A stretch of 64,000 nt of DNA, taken from NCBI GenBank assembly GCA_907165135.1, contig OU015569.1:10912001-10976000 (forward strand), given 5' to 3'. The DNA is from Oikopleura dioica. Taxonomy: Eukaryota > Animalia > Chordata. The notes beneath the pieces are model-generated. The model saw only the letters and a list, made by a program, of their open reading frames with translations, made no database searches and was not told the origin of the DNA. The position numbers and the translations under genes are program-made. Positions 52,113 through 63,131 of the stretch are shown here, piece after piece; position 1 is the first letter of the stretch; each line of letters starts with the position of its first letter.

Positions 52113-52537
52113 TTACCATGTTCGTCTTTTTATGATTGGTTGTATTGGCCTTCCAAGTCGGGTGTTCGTCGGTTGTCGGTTGTTATTGTTTGGTGGAGTA
52201 GGGGCAGCGAAAGTAAATTTCGGCACCGGTTTTGGGGCGAATGGTGGCGTTGGTGAGAACTGAGTGGTGTTGAGTCGTGACTTGAATCGAGCATACACGT
52301 AGCCGGCGATGAAGCCAAAAACGATGAAGCCAATTGTGAGGACCAGTAGACCGCCTAGTGCGACGAGGACTGCAGTGAGATCAATGACGATGATCGGGTC
52401 CCGGAATATCAAGAACCCGGAGTCCGGGATCTTAATTATATTATTATTTTAGCAAATTGGTCAAAGCTTACCTCAGCCGCAAATGTGAGAACGAAGAAGC
52501 TCACAATAGTCGCTCTAAAAACAAGGAATCTCTGCAT
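52113..52537 (-). CDS. Small type-I membrane protein (signal peptide, tiny ectodomain, TM, Pro-rich tail)
   Basis: MQRFLVFRATIVSFFVLTFAAE|GT-AG intron|IPDSGFLIFRDPIIVIDLTAVLVALGGLLVLTIGFIVFGFIAGYVYARFK...PTPPFAPKPVP...RRTW*. Confidence 0.65.
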
Positions 52538-53042
52538 TATCGCCTATTTCTAAAATCGCTTTTCAAAAAACTCTCTTTTTGATAAATATTAATCATAAAA
52601 AATCGAAAAGCTTTTCCTGGGCGTCAGAACTAGGCGAATGAAAGACCGGTCGCTTGAAAATTTTCAACGCGGCATGGCGCAGATGGCAAATTTTCGAAGC
52701 CACTTCCTTAAAAGGAAAGTTTGGAAAACGAAATGAATAAACATGAAAACATAGGTGATGCGGGTTTTTCTGTATTTGCCGTTGAATGTCTATTATGAAG
52801 AAGGTACAGCCAGTTCCTCCTCTCGCCGATTTATTTTTGTTCTGGGCTTCGTGCCCAAAAGTGCTTTATGAATGGCGCTTGAGGCTACTAAGTAGATGGT
52901 TGATCCAGAAAGACAAAATCGAATTTCAGCAAACGATAAGCTAAAATTTTTTCAATAATTCTTGTTTTATGACGCTCAGCGAGCAACTAGCAACGATTTA
53001 TCTGGGAAGGAAATAGACGATGAAGAGTCAGACTCTGTTTTG

Positions 53043-53628
53043 ATGTCGTCGCAGTCAGAAGCTTCTTCGGTCCGTTCAGGTGCTATAAATGTATTATCTT
53101 TTGTTTTCTAAAAAAGAGAAGTGACTCCGAAAACGTCGCTGGATCAGTCGCTTAGGACTATTCCTCAGGACTCCTTCGTGACGGACGGGAGCAGCAGGAC
53201 AAAGTGGGACAAGAAAAATGAAAACGAAAACATTTTGAATAACGACGCATCGAACGCTACGACATCCGCTCTTGCTAATTTGGGCGAGTCGTTCTCCTCT
53301 TTTTGCAACTCGAGTATTTTTGCAGATGTCACCATCAGAATAGGATCAAGCTTTAAACGCTTCCTAAACCTCTTTTTAGCCCTCAAAATACCAACACGCT
53401 CTACCAACAACGCTAGCTCTGGAACCGAGCTCGGCAGCCTCAAGGAACTACCGCGATTATCATTTCTAGATGACTATTATGTCCGCCTACGCTCCGTCAA
53501 TTAACATTGTCAATTTTTCGTTATAACATTTTTCCCATGCGAAAATGTTAAAATGACGAGCGTAGGCGGACAAGAATAGTCACTCAGAAATGATAATCAC
53601 GGTAGTCAAGAAACTCGGCAGCCCATGA
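53043..53628 (+). pseudogene. Chimeric gene or pseudogene: BTB-like N-terminal fragment fused to a duplicated MRF last exon, interrupted by a MITE
   Basis: MSSQSEASSVRS|EVTPKTS...LGESFSSFCNSSIFADVTIRIG...STNNASSGTELGSLKEL[MITE]VKKLGSP*. Confidence 0.65.
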
Positions 53629-53745
53629 AAAATAAAAAGGCCGACGATCAATTTATTTCTTTCTTCAAGTTTCTATATTCTGATATTTCTTTGTTCAATT
53701 CTCTCTTGCCCTTTTTTTGTATGCCTTTTACTAACATGCTAACAT
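53357..53745 (+). repeat. Direct duplicate of the MRF last exon and 3' UTR (about 51772-51995)
   Basis: Near-identical acceptor, exon and UTR sequence through CTAACATGCTAACAT; differs by an 8-nt insertion, a MITE and a few substitutions. Confidence 0.95.
53451..53602. mobile_element. Tc1/mariner-type MITE (TA TSD), 152 bp
   Basis: TIRs of about 45 bp (CCGCGATTATCATTTCT...GTCCGCCTACGCTC and its inverse); TA on both sides; the empty site GAAC-TA-GTCAAG is at 51852-51863. Confidence 0.93.
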
Positions 53746-54047
53746 ACTGTAAAGTACCTAACTGACCATTTAACATGTATTTGTAGGGACTAAGAGATGA
53801 TTGAATGAAAATTAAAATTGCAGTTTTTCGTAGATAAGTTGGCTCAAGATGAATTCTTGACTCCGACTGTAGTAAATTTGTAGTTTTGATTATTTATTGA
53901 AGTGTACAGGTTCAAAAAAGCACAGTTAGTGAGCAGATAAGAAAAAACTGAGCTGATTCGTATCATAAGTCGGCTAATAGGAGGGCTTTCCGTATCCATT
54001 GTCAGGGCCTCTATGAAAAATAGTAAGAAAAACACTTGGAATGTGAC

Positions 54048-57000
54048 TTACGATTGATAAGATGGAACTGGGCGGTATTCTGGAGCGCGGCTGTTCTGAT
54101 AGCTGGAGACTGACGAAGACTGGCTGCGGGAGTACTCATTGCGGCGCTGGTCCCGCGAGTCAACCATCGCTCGTGGAGGTCTGTCGTAAGGATTTGGGTG
54201 TGGGGTCGAGTTCGAGCGCGAGTAATTTTGAGCTGAGTTGAATTAATAAATTATGCATTACTAATCGAATTATTACCGGAGCTGTAAGGGTCTCGCGGCG
54301 CTCTGGATTCACGAGAAACCGGTTCCACTCTTCGTTCTTGCACTGGCGATCTGTTCCGGCTTCGGTACATGTTTCTTTCTCTTTCCATTCGTTCTCTATT
54401 CAAAACAACCGTTAGTTGTATTCTTCTAACTTTTAATATCCGACCTCTCTTCAGCAAAGCGCCTTCTCTCCTCGGCCAACTGTCGTCGCTCGAGTTCGAG
54501 CTTCTCCCGCTCGCTCTGCTCTTTCGTCGTCCTTCTTTCTTCATTGACACGCTTGAGATCGTCCTGGACGCGTCGCAGCTGACGGCGGTCGTCTTCGAGC
54601 AATTCCCGCTCCGTCTTCAGCAGCGACTTGAGCTTGTCCAGGTCTCGTTCGTAGTTTTTGCGCTCATCGCGCATTCGTCGACAATCATCGCGCACGCGGT
54701 TCACTGAGAAAAGACATCAACAACGACAATTAAAGAATTAGAAACTCACCATTGTCCCTCATGCGCTTAATGTCTCGTCCGAAATCCTCGATATCCCTCC
54801 TTGATCTTTTCTCCGCGTCTCTCAGTTTTTCTAGCTCTTTTCGGTCGTCTTCGATCGTTTTTTCTCGTCGCTTCATGTCCGCTTCAATTGATACTATCTG
54901 CTCGGCTGTGGTTTTCGGCTTTTCCTCCAGTTTCTAAATGAATAAATTGAAAGCCGTGGATTCTTATAGTGCTCTCTTACCGATTTCTTGCTATCCTCGT
55001 TTTTATTTGGTTCGGAAGAATGAGATCTCTTCCGTTCCTTGTACTTGGGATCGGAAGCTGATACAGTATCATCTCCGACAGTGCAGCCATTTTTGAACTT
55101 CGTCACGAAGGCGGATTTGCTCGAAACGCGGACCTCGATTTTGTAGTTCTTTTCGCCGATTTCTTTGCAGACGAAATCGCTGGGATTGAAACCCTCGAGA
55201 ACTGCGAAAACTGCTTCTTCTGTTGGAGCCGCTCTAAAAAGGAATAAGTATTTGGGGAAGAAAAAGGGATTCTTGTCATGGATATACTCTAGGATACTCG
55301 AGGATGGTTATTGAGGGGTTCTTGCAAATTGAGAAGTCGATTAATCGAATCTGCGAAATAACACTCTTCTGAAATGCAAAGCATTGGCAACATTGGACCG
55401 ATTAGTTAAGAGAATGTGGCTGTGTTAATAGAGCGAATACTGTAACTAAGAATACGTGCACTCAGTTTCTAGTCTTCGATGCGCAGTTTTTCGATGGTAT
55501 TGATCTGAATCTCGATCTCTTCGTCTAATTTAGGGTTTGCAATCTTACATCATAAGGTTTTATCTAAGTTTCCCTGGCGGTGTTTTATTTTGAGTTGGCA
55601 ACCCTAGCTATTCGTTTTCTCTTTCGATCTCTATAAGCCACTCTCTCTAACGCTCGCTTCAAACGACGTGTTTCCTCTTCTTTCGCCTTTTCCATCAGTT
55701 TTCTTTGATATTCTGATCGACGTTCTTCCTCGTATCTTCTCTCTTCTAACGCTCTTCGTAACTTTTCTCGTTCAGCATCCCTTAGCCTCTTTTCAGCTTC
55801 TCTTTTCTCTTTTCTTTTCTTATGCCGATCGTACGCCTCTTTTTTGATGCACCAGTTTTTGTAGCGTCTTTGGTGAGCGGCCCGCCTTCGGCGTCCTTCG
55901 ATCTGCTCCGGCGAGTAGTAAATATGGACGATGTCCTCTGTGGCCATGTGTACTTTCTCCTCTTGAGCATCCTCCTCTTCCTCGTGGTCGCTTTCACAGT
56001 CGTCTTGCTTACTCTTGTCCTCATCAGCTTGCTGTTGTTTGTCTTCCTTTTCTGAAGCTCTCACTGGGTGAGATTCCTCTTCATCCTCATCGCTTATAAC
56101 TATGATTTCTTCTTGATCACTCGCATCCTCTTTTTCATAACCTTCTCCGTCAGTATCTTCTTCATCACTATCTTCCCCCTCGTTTTCTTCCTCTTCACTG
56201 TCTTCTTCTTCGGAAGCATTCGGCGTAAATTGGTCGGCATAGACTACGTGTTTGTCAAGCTCCTCCTCTATCATCGTCCAAGCGTTATAAGAGGCCCGTT
56301 TGTAGTTGTGTTCTTCTCGATAAAAATAAATCGACGTAGCTGATCACAGGATTTATCAAAAATTATGACGGAATTTTTTCGCGAAAAACTCGAAATGTTT
56401 AAAAATCCTAGCATTCAAGCATTGGTACCATGCCCTCAGCCTTGATGTAGTTAATTCTCTGATAAACCTCCTCTTCGCTACTTGATGATTCTAAATAAAA
56501 GGAAGGTTGATAATTGATTTCAACGAGGAAGAGCTACCATAACTTCCGGATTCAGAGCTGGAATCAGACTCAGAGTCAGCGTCCGAGCTGCCTCGAGAAT
56601 TGGGATCAGAGTCGGAAATCGTTTCCCAGCCGCTTTCAGAGTCATATTCGTTGTTGCCGCCGTTGTTGCCGCCGTTGCTGCCGCCGTTGCTGCCGCCGTT
56701 GCTGCCGCCGTTACTGCCTTCGTTGCTGCCGTCGTTGGTATACGGAGGCGTGTATGGATAAAATGGGATAGGCTCATCGTCGCCGCTGTACAACTCGTCT
56801 CCAGAAAAGTCTTCAGAAAATGAATTCATCGAATCGTTTGTGTCTTCGTCTTGAGAGTCACTTATGAACCCTTCGGTATCAGTGTCGGTTTTTTCGTAAA
56901 CGGGCACATAGTGTTCACCAGTATGAATGACTTCTCCACTGGTTGTGTGCGTTTTAATAAGCTGCAGAATTGAGAAAAGAAGCATGCAATTAGTAAAAGA

Positions 57001-58428
57001 TGAAAGACCAAGAGTTAGTCAAAGATAAACTTCGCAGATTCGATTAATTTAAAGTGTAATTGAGAGACTTTGGGGATGGATGGTTTCATGCACGAAACAT
57101 ACCTGAAGCCTGTGAGGACCACTGTTCCCGGGTCAGCCTGCTTGTCTTCGGCTTTCTCGATACCAGATTGAGTTATCTGCTCGAGTTTTTCTTTATCCTC
57201 GGTTTTTTCCTCCGTTTCTTGTTGGAATTCCATGCCTTGATCTTCCTTGGCTTCATCTTGGATCTTTTCAGATTCACCCGCATCTTCCTTTTTCTCCACA
57301 GATTCGGTCTCAGTTAGTTGGGGAGCCAACTCTTCAGTTTCTTTTTCTATCTCAGTCGCCTCTTTTTCATTTGTCTCCATTTCTTCAATAGATGGTGCAT
57401 CATCGCCAGTTGCTTCTGCAGCATCCTCAGAGGCATCCTCATGGATGGTCGTTGAGAGTGAATTCTGCTCGTCTTGAGAATCGTATTCTTGTGACGATTG
57501 GCTGGAGTTAATCACGATCGGGTCGTCGGCCGTGCCTTAAAAAAATAATTCGAACAAAATATGACAGTAGTTAAATAGAGCTACTAGAATACCAAACAAT
57601 ACTGTTGACGACATGAAGTGTTTACTCATGAAAGTTTCAAAAATTAAATAGCGACTACTACGACTTTGTTTTTAGCGTTCGCTCTAAAATAAAAATACAG
57701 ATGATTGATCTGAAACATGCCATCCTTTTTTTTCAAAACAGGAATTTTTGGAATTGTGTGTTATGTGTTTTTGCGCGTTATCTACAGTACCAGCCAACGG
57801 GATCTTCATATCAATTGTAGCAGTCAATTCCGCTCGTTGCTCAGCAGTCAGTGGCTCGTCGGTTTGGTGGATCACCTGCGCTTCTTCATCCTCTTCTACC
57901 GCTGCAGCCTTTGATTCCTCATCACTTTTTCTAGCAGTAGGTGGATTTGAAGAAGTGTCTTCGCCTGTTTGATCCTCTGCCGCTGCCTTTTCGCTCGTCT
58001 CTTGCTCTTGCTCCTCGATTTGATCCTCCCCCTCCTCTGCTTGAGAAGTTGCTTTTCCAATATTTGCCAAAGCATCAGACTCGTCGAAGTCTACCTCCGC
58101 TGGATCGCTGCCCTGCTCGCGGATGTATTCGGTAAGACGCTAGATTTTACATTCGAGATTTTGATTTTCCTATTTTTTAATTAAAAAATACTGCATCTTT
58201 CTCTCCCTCTGTCTCCTGCATTCAATACCAAAATACAATACTTGTATATAAAAACTCGGCTATTGCAAATTCAATTTCAGAGCGCATGTAAAAAATGTAA
58301 ACCTACTAACTGAAAATCGTGGCTAAACTTACCTCCACAAGCTCGGCTTTTTTCCCTTTCTTTGAAAGGCCCAACTTCGCTAGTTCATCGTGGAGTTCAT
58401 GTACTTTTAGGTCGCTCAGCTTTCGCAT
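54048..58428 (-). CDS. SAFB: SAFB/SLTM-like scaffold protein (SAP domain, acidic region, degenerate RRM, Glu/Arg-rich coiled coil)
   Basis: MRKLSDLKVHELHDELAKLGLSKKGKKAELVE|RLTEYIREQGSDPAEV resembles the SAFB SAP domain and following motif; TVVLTGFR|AAPTEEAVFAVLEGF RRM-like; EREKLELERRQLAEERRR; ends PSYQS*. Confidence 0.65.
55469..56961 (-). CDS. Same-strand nested gene or alternative exon set inside the 1.87-kb SAFB intron; acidic, SIM-containing, with a basic coiled-coil C-terminus
   Basis: ORFs 56491-56985 and 55585-56274, with their own acceptor (56962) and a 47-nt GT-AG intron (56491-56537); EEIIVISDEDEE motif. Confidence 0.55.
56650..56736. repeat. 12-bp tandem repeat encoding (G-S/N-N-G)n
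   Basis: About 7 units of GTTGCTGCCGCC on the plus strand. Confidence 0.85.
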
Positions 58429-58664
58429 TCTGAAGTTGCCTCTTAAAATTCCCGAAAAGGTAGTAAAATAGTATGAACTTGTAGAATACAAAATAGAAAT
58501 ATTTAAATAGAAAAATAGAATTCTGAAATAGAAAAAGAAGGGGAAGGGCAATTAAAAACTTGGCAAAAAAGATTGAATAGGAAGCACGTGAGCATATAAT
58601 TGAAAAGTTGAACTGAATGATAAATGCGGAAGGTTGATTTTTAAGTTAATTAAATGTTAATTAA

Positions 58665-61600
58665 TTAGCATTTCGAAGCAGCTTCGATCCACTGTTGACA
58701 ATGCTGCGCGTTTTTCTGGGCGAGTCGCATTTCTTTCATCAATTGCACGATTTCAGAGCAGTTCTGAAAGGTTTTATAAATCAAATAGACCTCAGTTGTT
58801 TAGAAATACCTTGAATACTGACGGGGAAAACGAGTCATCCTTTTCAGTTGCTTGAGCGGCAGCTATTCGCTCTAGAACTAGCTGCGCGGCGCTTGGAGAG
58901 GGTGGTGCGCAAACGCTTCCGCCGTACATCTTTGCCACTTTCTATAAAAATTGATTTCATTCAAGGGAGAACGTCTACGCTTTTCTTAGATCTGTAGCAT
59001 TTAAGGGATCCCCCCCCGATTTGCCCAACTTTGACCCCTATCTACTTTTTACTCGTCTTGCGTGTGGGGCTGTATAGGGGCTCAAATTAAAGCCCGTTTC
59101 TTGACGAGCAAATGCATGCATGATAAGCCCCTAGTTATAAGATTCACTTATGCATAAGAAGCCGTCAAAGTGACTTACGTTGCCAAAAACGGTCATTTTC
59201 GGTCATTTTCAAGTTGTATCTACTTTTTTTTGGGGCTATGGGTTCCTAATATCTCTTCATTTTTAGAAAGATTGGACCCTTGTCTACATTTGCATGCATG
59301 ATCATCAAGTTTGGCAAAGTAGAAAAAATTTTTCTTATTATAAAACTTTCAGCCGTCATTTTAGCGATTTTTTGGAGTCTTTTTGCTCTCTAGCGCCGCC
59401 AAATGATGAATTTCTTTCTCGAAAACTGTTTATTTCTTGATAAGGGCGTTATATGCTTTCAAATAAGCCCCTATTTGCCTCGTTATGAAGACCTTCGAAT
59501 TCTGAAAAAATCGAAAATTTTTGCTAAGTATAGATTATAATGCAACTTCAACACGCTCTCACGAGAAATCACGTGATATGAGGGCCTTGACATAATGGTA
59601 AAAAATGACGCTCAGATCATGGGGAATCTAAATATGCACCGCTCGATACTTTTTGGGAAAATTTTTCGGATCGGGGGATCCCTTAAATATACGTTTCGAA
59701 AAGTAGTACCGATCATACCTTGATGATTGCCATCATTTTATCAACATTGGTCTTCAAACTGGTGTAGCCATAGAACTCGTGGTGCGGCTGTCTGTATTCT
59801 TTTGTCGGCACAATAAAGTGCAGTGGAATCTGCTCTCTGTTCGCGTCCATTATTTCCTGGAACGATGAATTGTTAAATGGAAAGTAAGAATCTCTTTACC
59901 TGGAAGACAGTCTCAGGCGCGAGTTCGAACTCGGCATCGGAAACGATAACGATTCTGCTCGCTCTGCTCAAAAGAGCCGTACGTATTCCATGAGAAAGCT
60001 CGCTCGTCCCACCGTTTGGTCTCAAGCATTTCATCCACAGCGCTAGATCGTCGCAAGCAGCGTTGTTCATCGCGTAACAGCTTGACTGCCACGATTTGAC
60101 TCCATCTAAAGAAGCAGTTTTCAAAATAACCGGTTTTCTAGAAACGGCCAAAATTACCGTTGAAAAGGATGACGTTTAGTTTTCCCTTGATATCTCTCGA
60201 AAGTCCTCTCATCGCGGCAATGAGCTCGTAAATCCACTGTCTAGATGAGTCAGAACCGTCAATTAACACGACGGTGTTTCCCCTCGCCATCGCCGGATGA
60301 ACGGACTGGAACCACAGTCGATGGGGCGCTTCGAGGTACCACTGAATCCGTTTCAAATATCGCCGCGCGGCTTCCAGCGACAGAACTTGCAGCTGCTCGA
60401 GCTCGGCTACTTGCAGTTCGCAGTGGCGATCCCGCACAATCGGCAGTACTCCTCGGTATACTTTGGAGCCGGGAGTGATGCGACGCTCCCACCTTTCCAA
60501 ATTTATTTTCAGACCCTAAAACCACTTTATTGTTGGTTTTCAAGGACTAAGCGGCTATTTAACTATTCGCGCTGACATTTAATAGTGAACTGAACTAACC
60601 TTGAGTCCATTTCGCTTGAGCCAATCTTTTGAAGAAAGATGCTCCTCTTCTTTTGGTATTTTCAAGCAAGAAGGGATCACCGGCGGAGGCTTGACAGAAA
60701 CATCTAAGTACATCGTTTGGCCTTTATCGAGACACGTGCCGCCAGTGAGGTAGAACTGCCTCTTGTGGAGCATTGCAGGCGCTTTGGACCCGCGAAGCAG
60801 AAGGGGATGTTTGGTTCCAGCAGTAGTGTTAGGACGGTTAGTATGGTACGACTGCTTGATCGCTCTCTGATACGCTTTGGTCTTTTTCGTATCCTTAGGC
60901 TGGATCCATTCGCGTGACTCGATCGAGGACTTGCTCTTCTCGAAGTTCCGCGTCGAGGGAGACGCCGATTGGACGACGCGTGGTTTATCCACTGTTTGAG
61001 CTCCTTCGGTTTTCAGTGCAATGAGAGTCTGCGATTGCGCCACGGTAGTCGCCTCTTCGCGATCGATTAGATCGAAATCGGAACTCCCCCGAGGGATTAG
61101 GCTAGAACACTCACTGTTAAATAACTCGATAAACACTTCTCAATGGGTCGATAAAACGCAAATTATAAATACAATAGCAAACCCCTTCAAATAAACCCCG
61201 ACCAAACTCACCTATTTTTCACAAGTTTGAGCTCGACTCTCGCCCCATTTGACTCTTCGGACAGTCTCTTGACAAACTGATCCATTTCCACATCAATCGA
61301 CACTGCACTTATCACCGGCTCAAAGCCAGTCGCACTTGCATCTTCAATCATCTCCACCAGATTCTCGCTGCGTTCGATGATTCCATGATGCACGAGACAG
61401 ACTTCGGCCGAGTTCTCGGTCTTCGCGACGCGTAGCGCGACGCTCAATGCTTTCGGCCACGATTTAAAAAGCTCACGATTCTGAATACTTTCGGCGCCAA
61501 GGACCGCGCGTTTTCGTAGAATCGTAAAAGTGTCGTTCAGATTTTTGAGGAAAGCCCCCAGCTCATCTTTGTACGAGCACGAGTAGGTGCTCACCGAATT

Positions 61601-62848
61601 GTCTTCCCTCACCACGCTGGAAACAATGTTGATTTGTTGCATTGAATTCGCGAAGGTCGTCACCAATCTCTCCATAAACGCCAGCGTCTGAGGCGACTCG
61701 TCGATAACGAATGTAACCTGTTTCCTTGGTATGAATCCGACTCCAGTACTTTTTAGCGCGTCTTTGAGTATTTTCAGCATTCGCAAATGATTGCCCAAAT
61801 GCTCCAAAAGATCGTCGAACTTTCGCTTGTCATAGGCGACGAATCGGGAGACGCCGTCGGGAAATTCTAGCTCCAAGAGACCCTTTGTGTTTCGAAGAGT
61901 TCGCGCCTGCACTTCTTTATCCAGCACTTTGACATAAGTGCTCCCTTGTCGGCCGATGATGTCTAAGGCTTTAAAAATGTCGATTCTCTTCGCCTGGAGA
62001 TTGTTTTCTTTCAGCCAGGTGAAGACGTCGAGTTGGAGCGGTTGTTGGGCCGGTCTAAAGCTCAGCATCTCACCCTCTTCCTCCTCTTCTTTTCGCAGCA
62101 GTTTCGTGCTCGAGCAAGTTCCGTTTCGAATTTGCTTGCAGAACTGCATGATTCTCTGCGAATCCGCCTTGACTTTCCGCACGTCGTCGAGCTCCACAGA
62201 GCTGTTGCTTGAGACGATTCGATTGTACGGATTCTGGTTAAGATTGACGATCTTCTCGGCCATCTTGCGATGCGATTCGTCAAGAAGAGCTACAGTTAGA
62301 TTCACACGTGATCCGACCAAGACATCCTCCAGATGCTGCAGCTGCTCTTCGCTCAACACGGGTTCTTCCATTTCCGGGCCGAGGAGGACGACGATCTTTT
62401 CCAAGAGCGAATCCTGCAGAGCCGATTTGAAGCTTTCAAAGATATTCGCTGGCCACTCACCATTCTTCATAAAATCGTCGATTTTTCCACGAACAAGCGC
62501 TGCTTGCCCTTGAGTAAAAGGCTGGTAACCGTCAAGCACCGGCTCGTTTCCGACCAGAAACTGGACTTGCTGCTGTGTCGTCTGAAGGTGCTGGAGGAGG
62601 GAGAAGACCCGTTCGTCCATGACTTGGAGAATGACGGAGAGCTTGACATTCTTAGGAATGACGCCAAAGGTAGCAGCCGGCTCTGATTGTAGAAAGTTAA
62701 GTCGTTCTTCGCAAGCTGCTAGCGTGGAACTTGTATGTCGCTCAATAGCAACAAGCTGGGAGGGTTCTAGAAGCGGCAAGTGCATGTAGTACTCGACATC
62801 CCTCTGAGGACGATTTTGCTCCAGCCAGACAGGCCCTGGCAGGTCCAT
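58665..62848 (-). CDS. VWA3A: von Willebrand factor A domain-containing protein 3A-like
   Basis: SSKDWLKRNGLK|GLKINL, YLKRIQWYLEAPHRLW, TVVLIDGSDSS, LNVILFN and the C-terminal EIVQLMKEMRLAQ resemble the VWA3 repeats; exons joined by GT-AG introns. Confidence 0.65.
59005..59682. mobile_element. Non-autonomous DNA transposon with TTAA TSD and GGG...CCC termini (Kolobok-like), 678 bp, intronic
   Basis: TTAA|GGGATCCCCC ... GGGGGATCCC|TTAA (TTAA at 59001-59004 and 59683-59686). Confidence 0.8.
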
Positions 62849-63131
62849 TCTGAGTCAAATAAGAGCGTTTACTTGTGAATTTGAATGTAAGATTCAGAAC
62901 TTTATTTTTAGTCTTTTGGTATAAAATACAGAATTTTATCCTGAATCAAGTTTTTAATAGCAGGGAATTTAAATAGCAATTTTTATTATTTAAAATTGAG
63001 TCTTTTTAGTCTCTTTAGTCAAACATGGTGAGAAGGCATTTGAAGAACAATGAAGTAGTAAAAAGAAAGTCTGGAGAAGTCCAGTGTTGAAGAAATTGAA
63101 ATTTTGGAAATATTTGGAGAGTTTTGAAATA

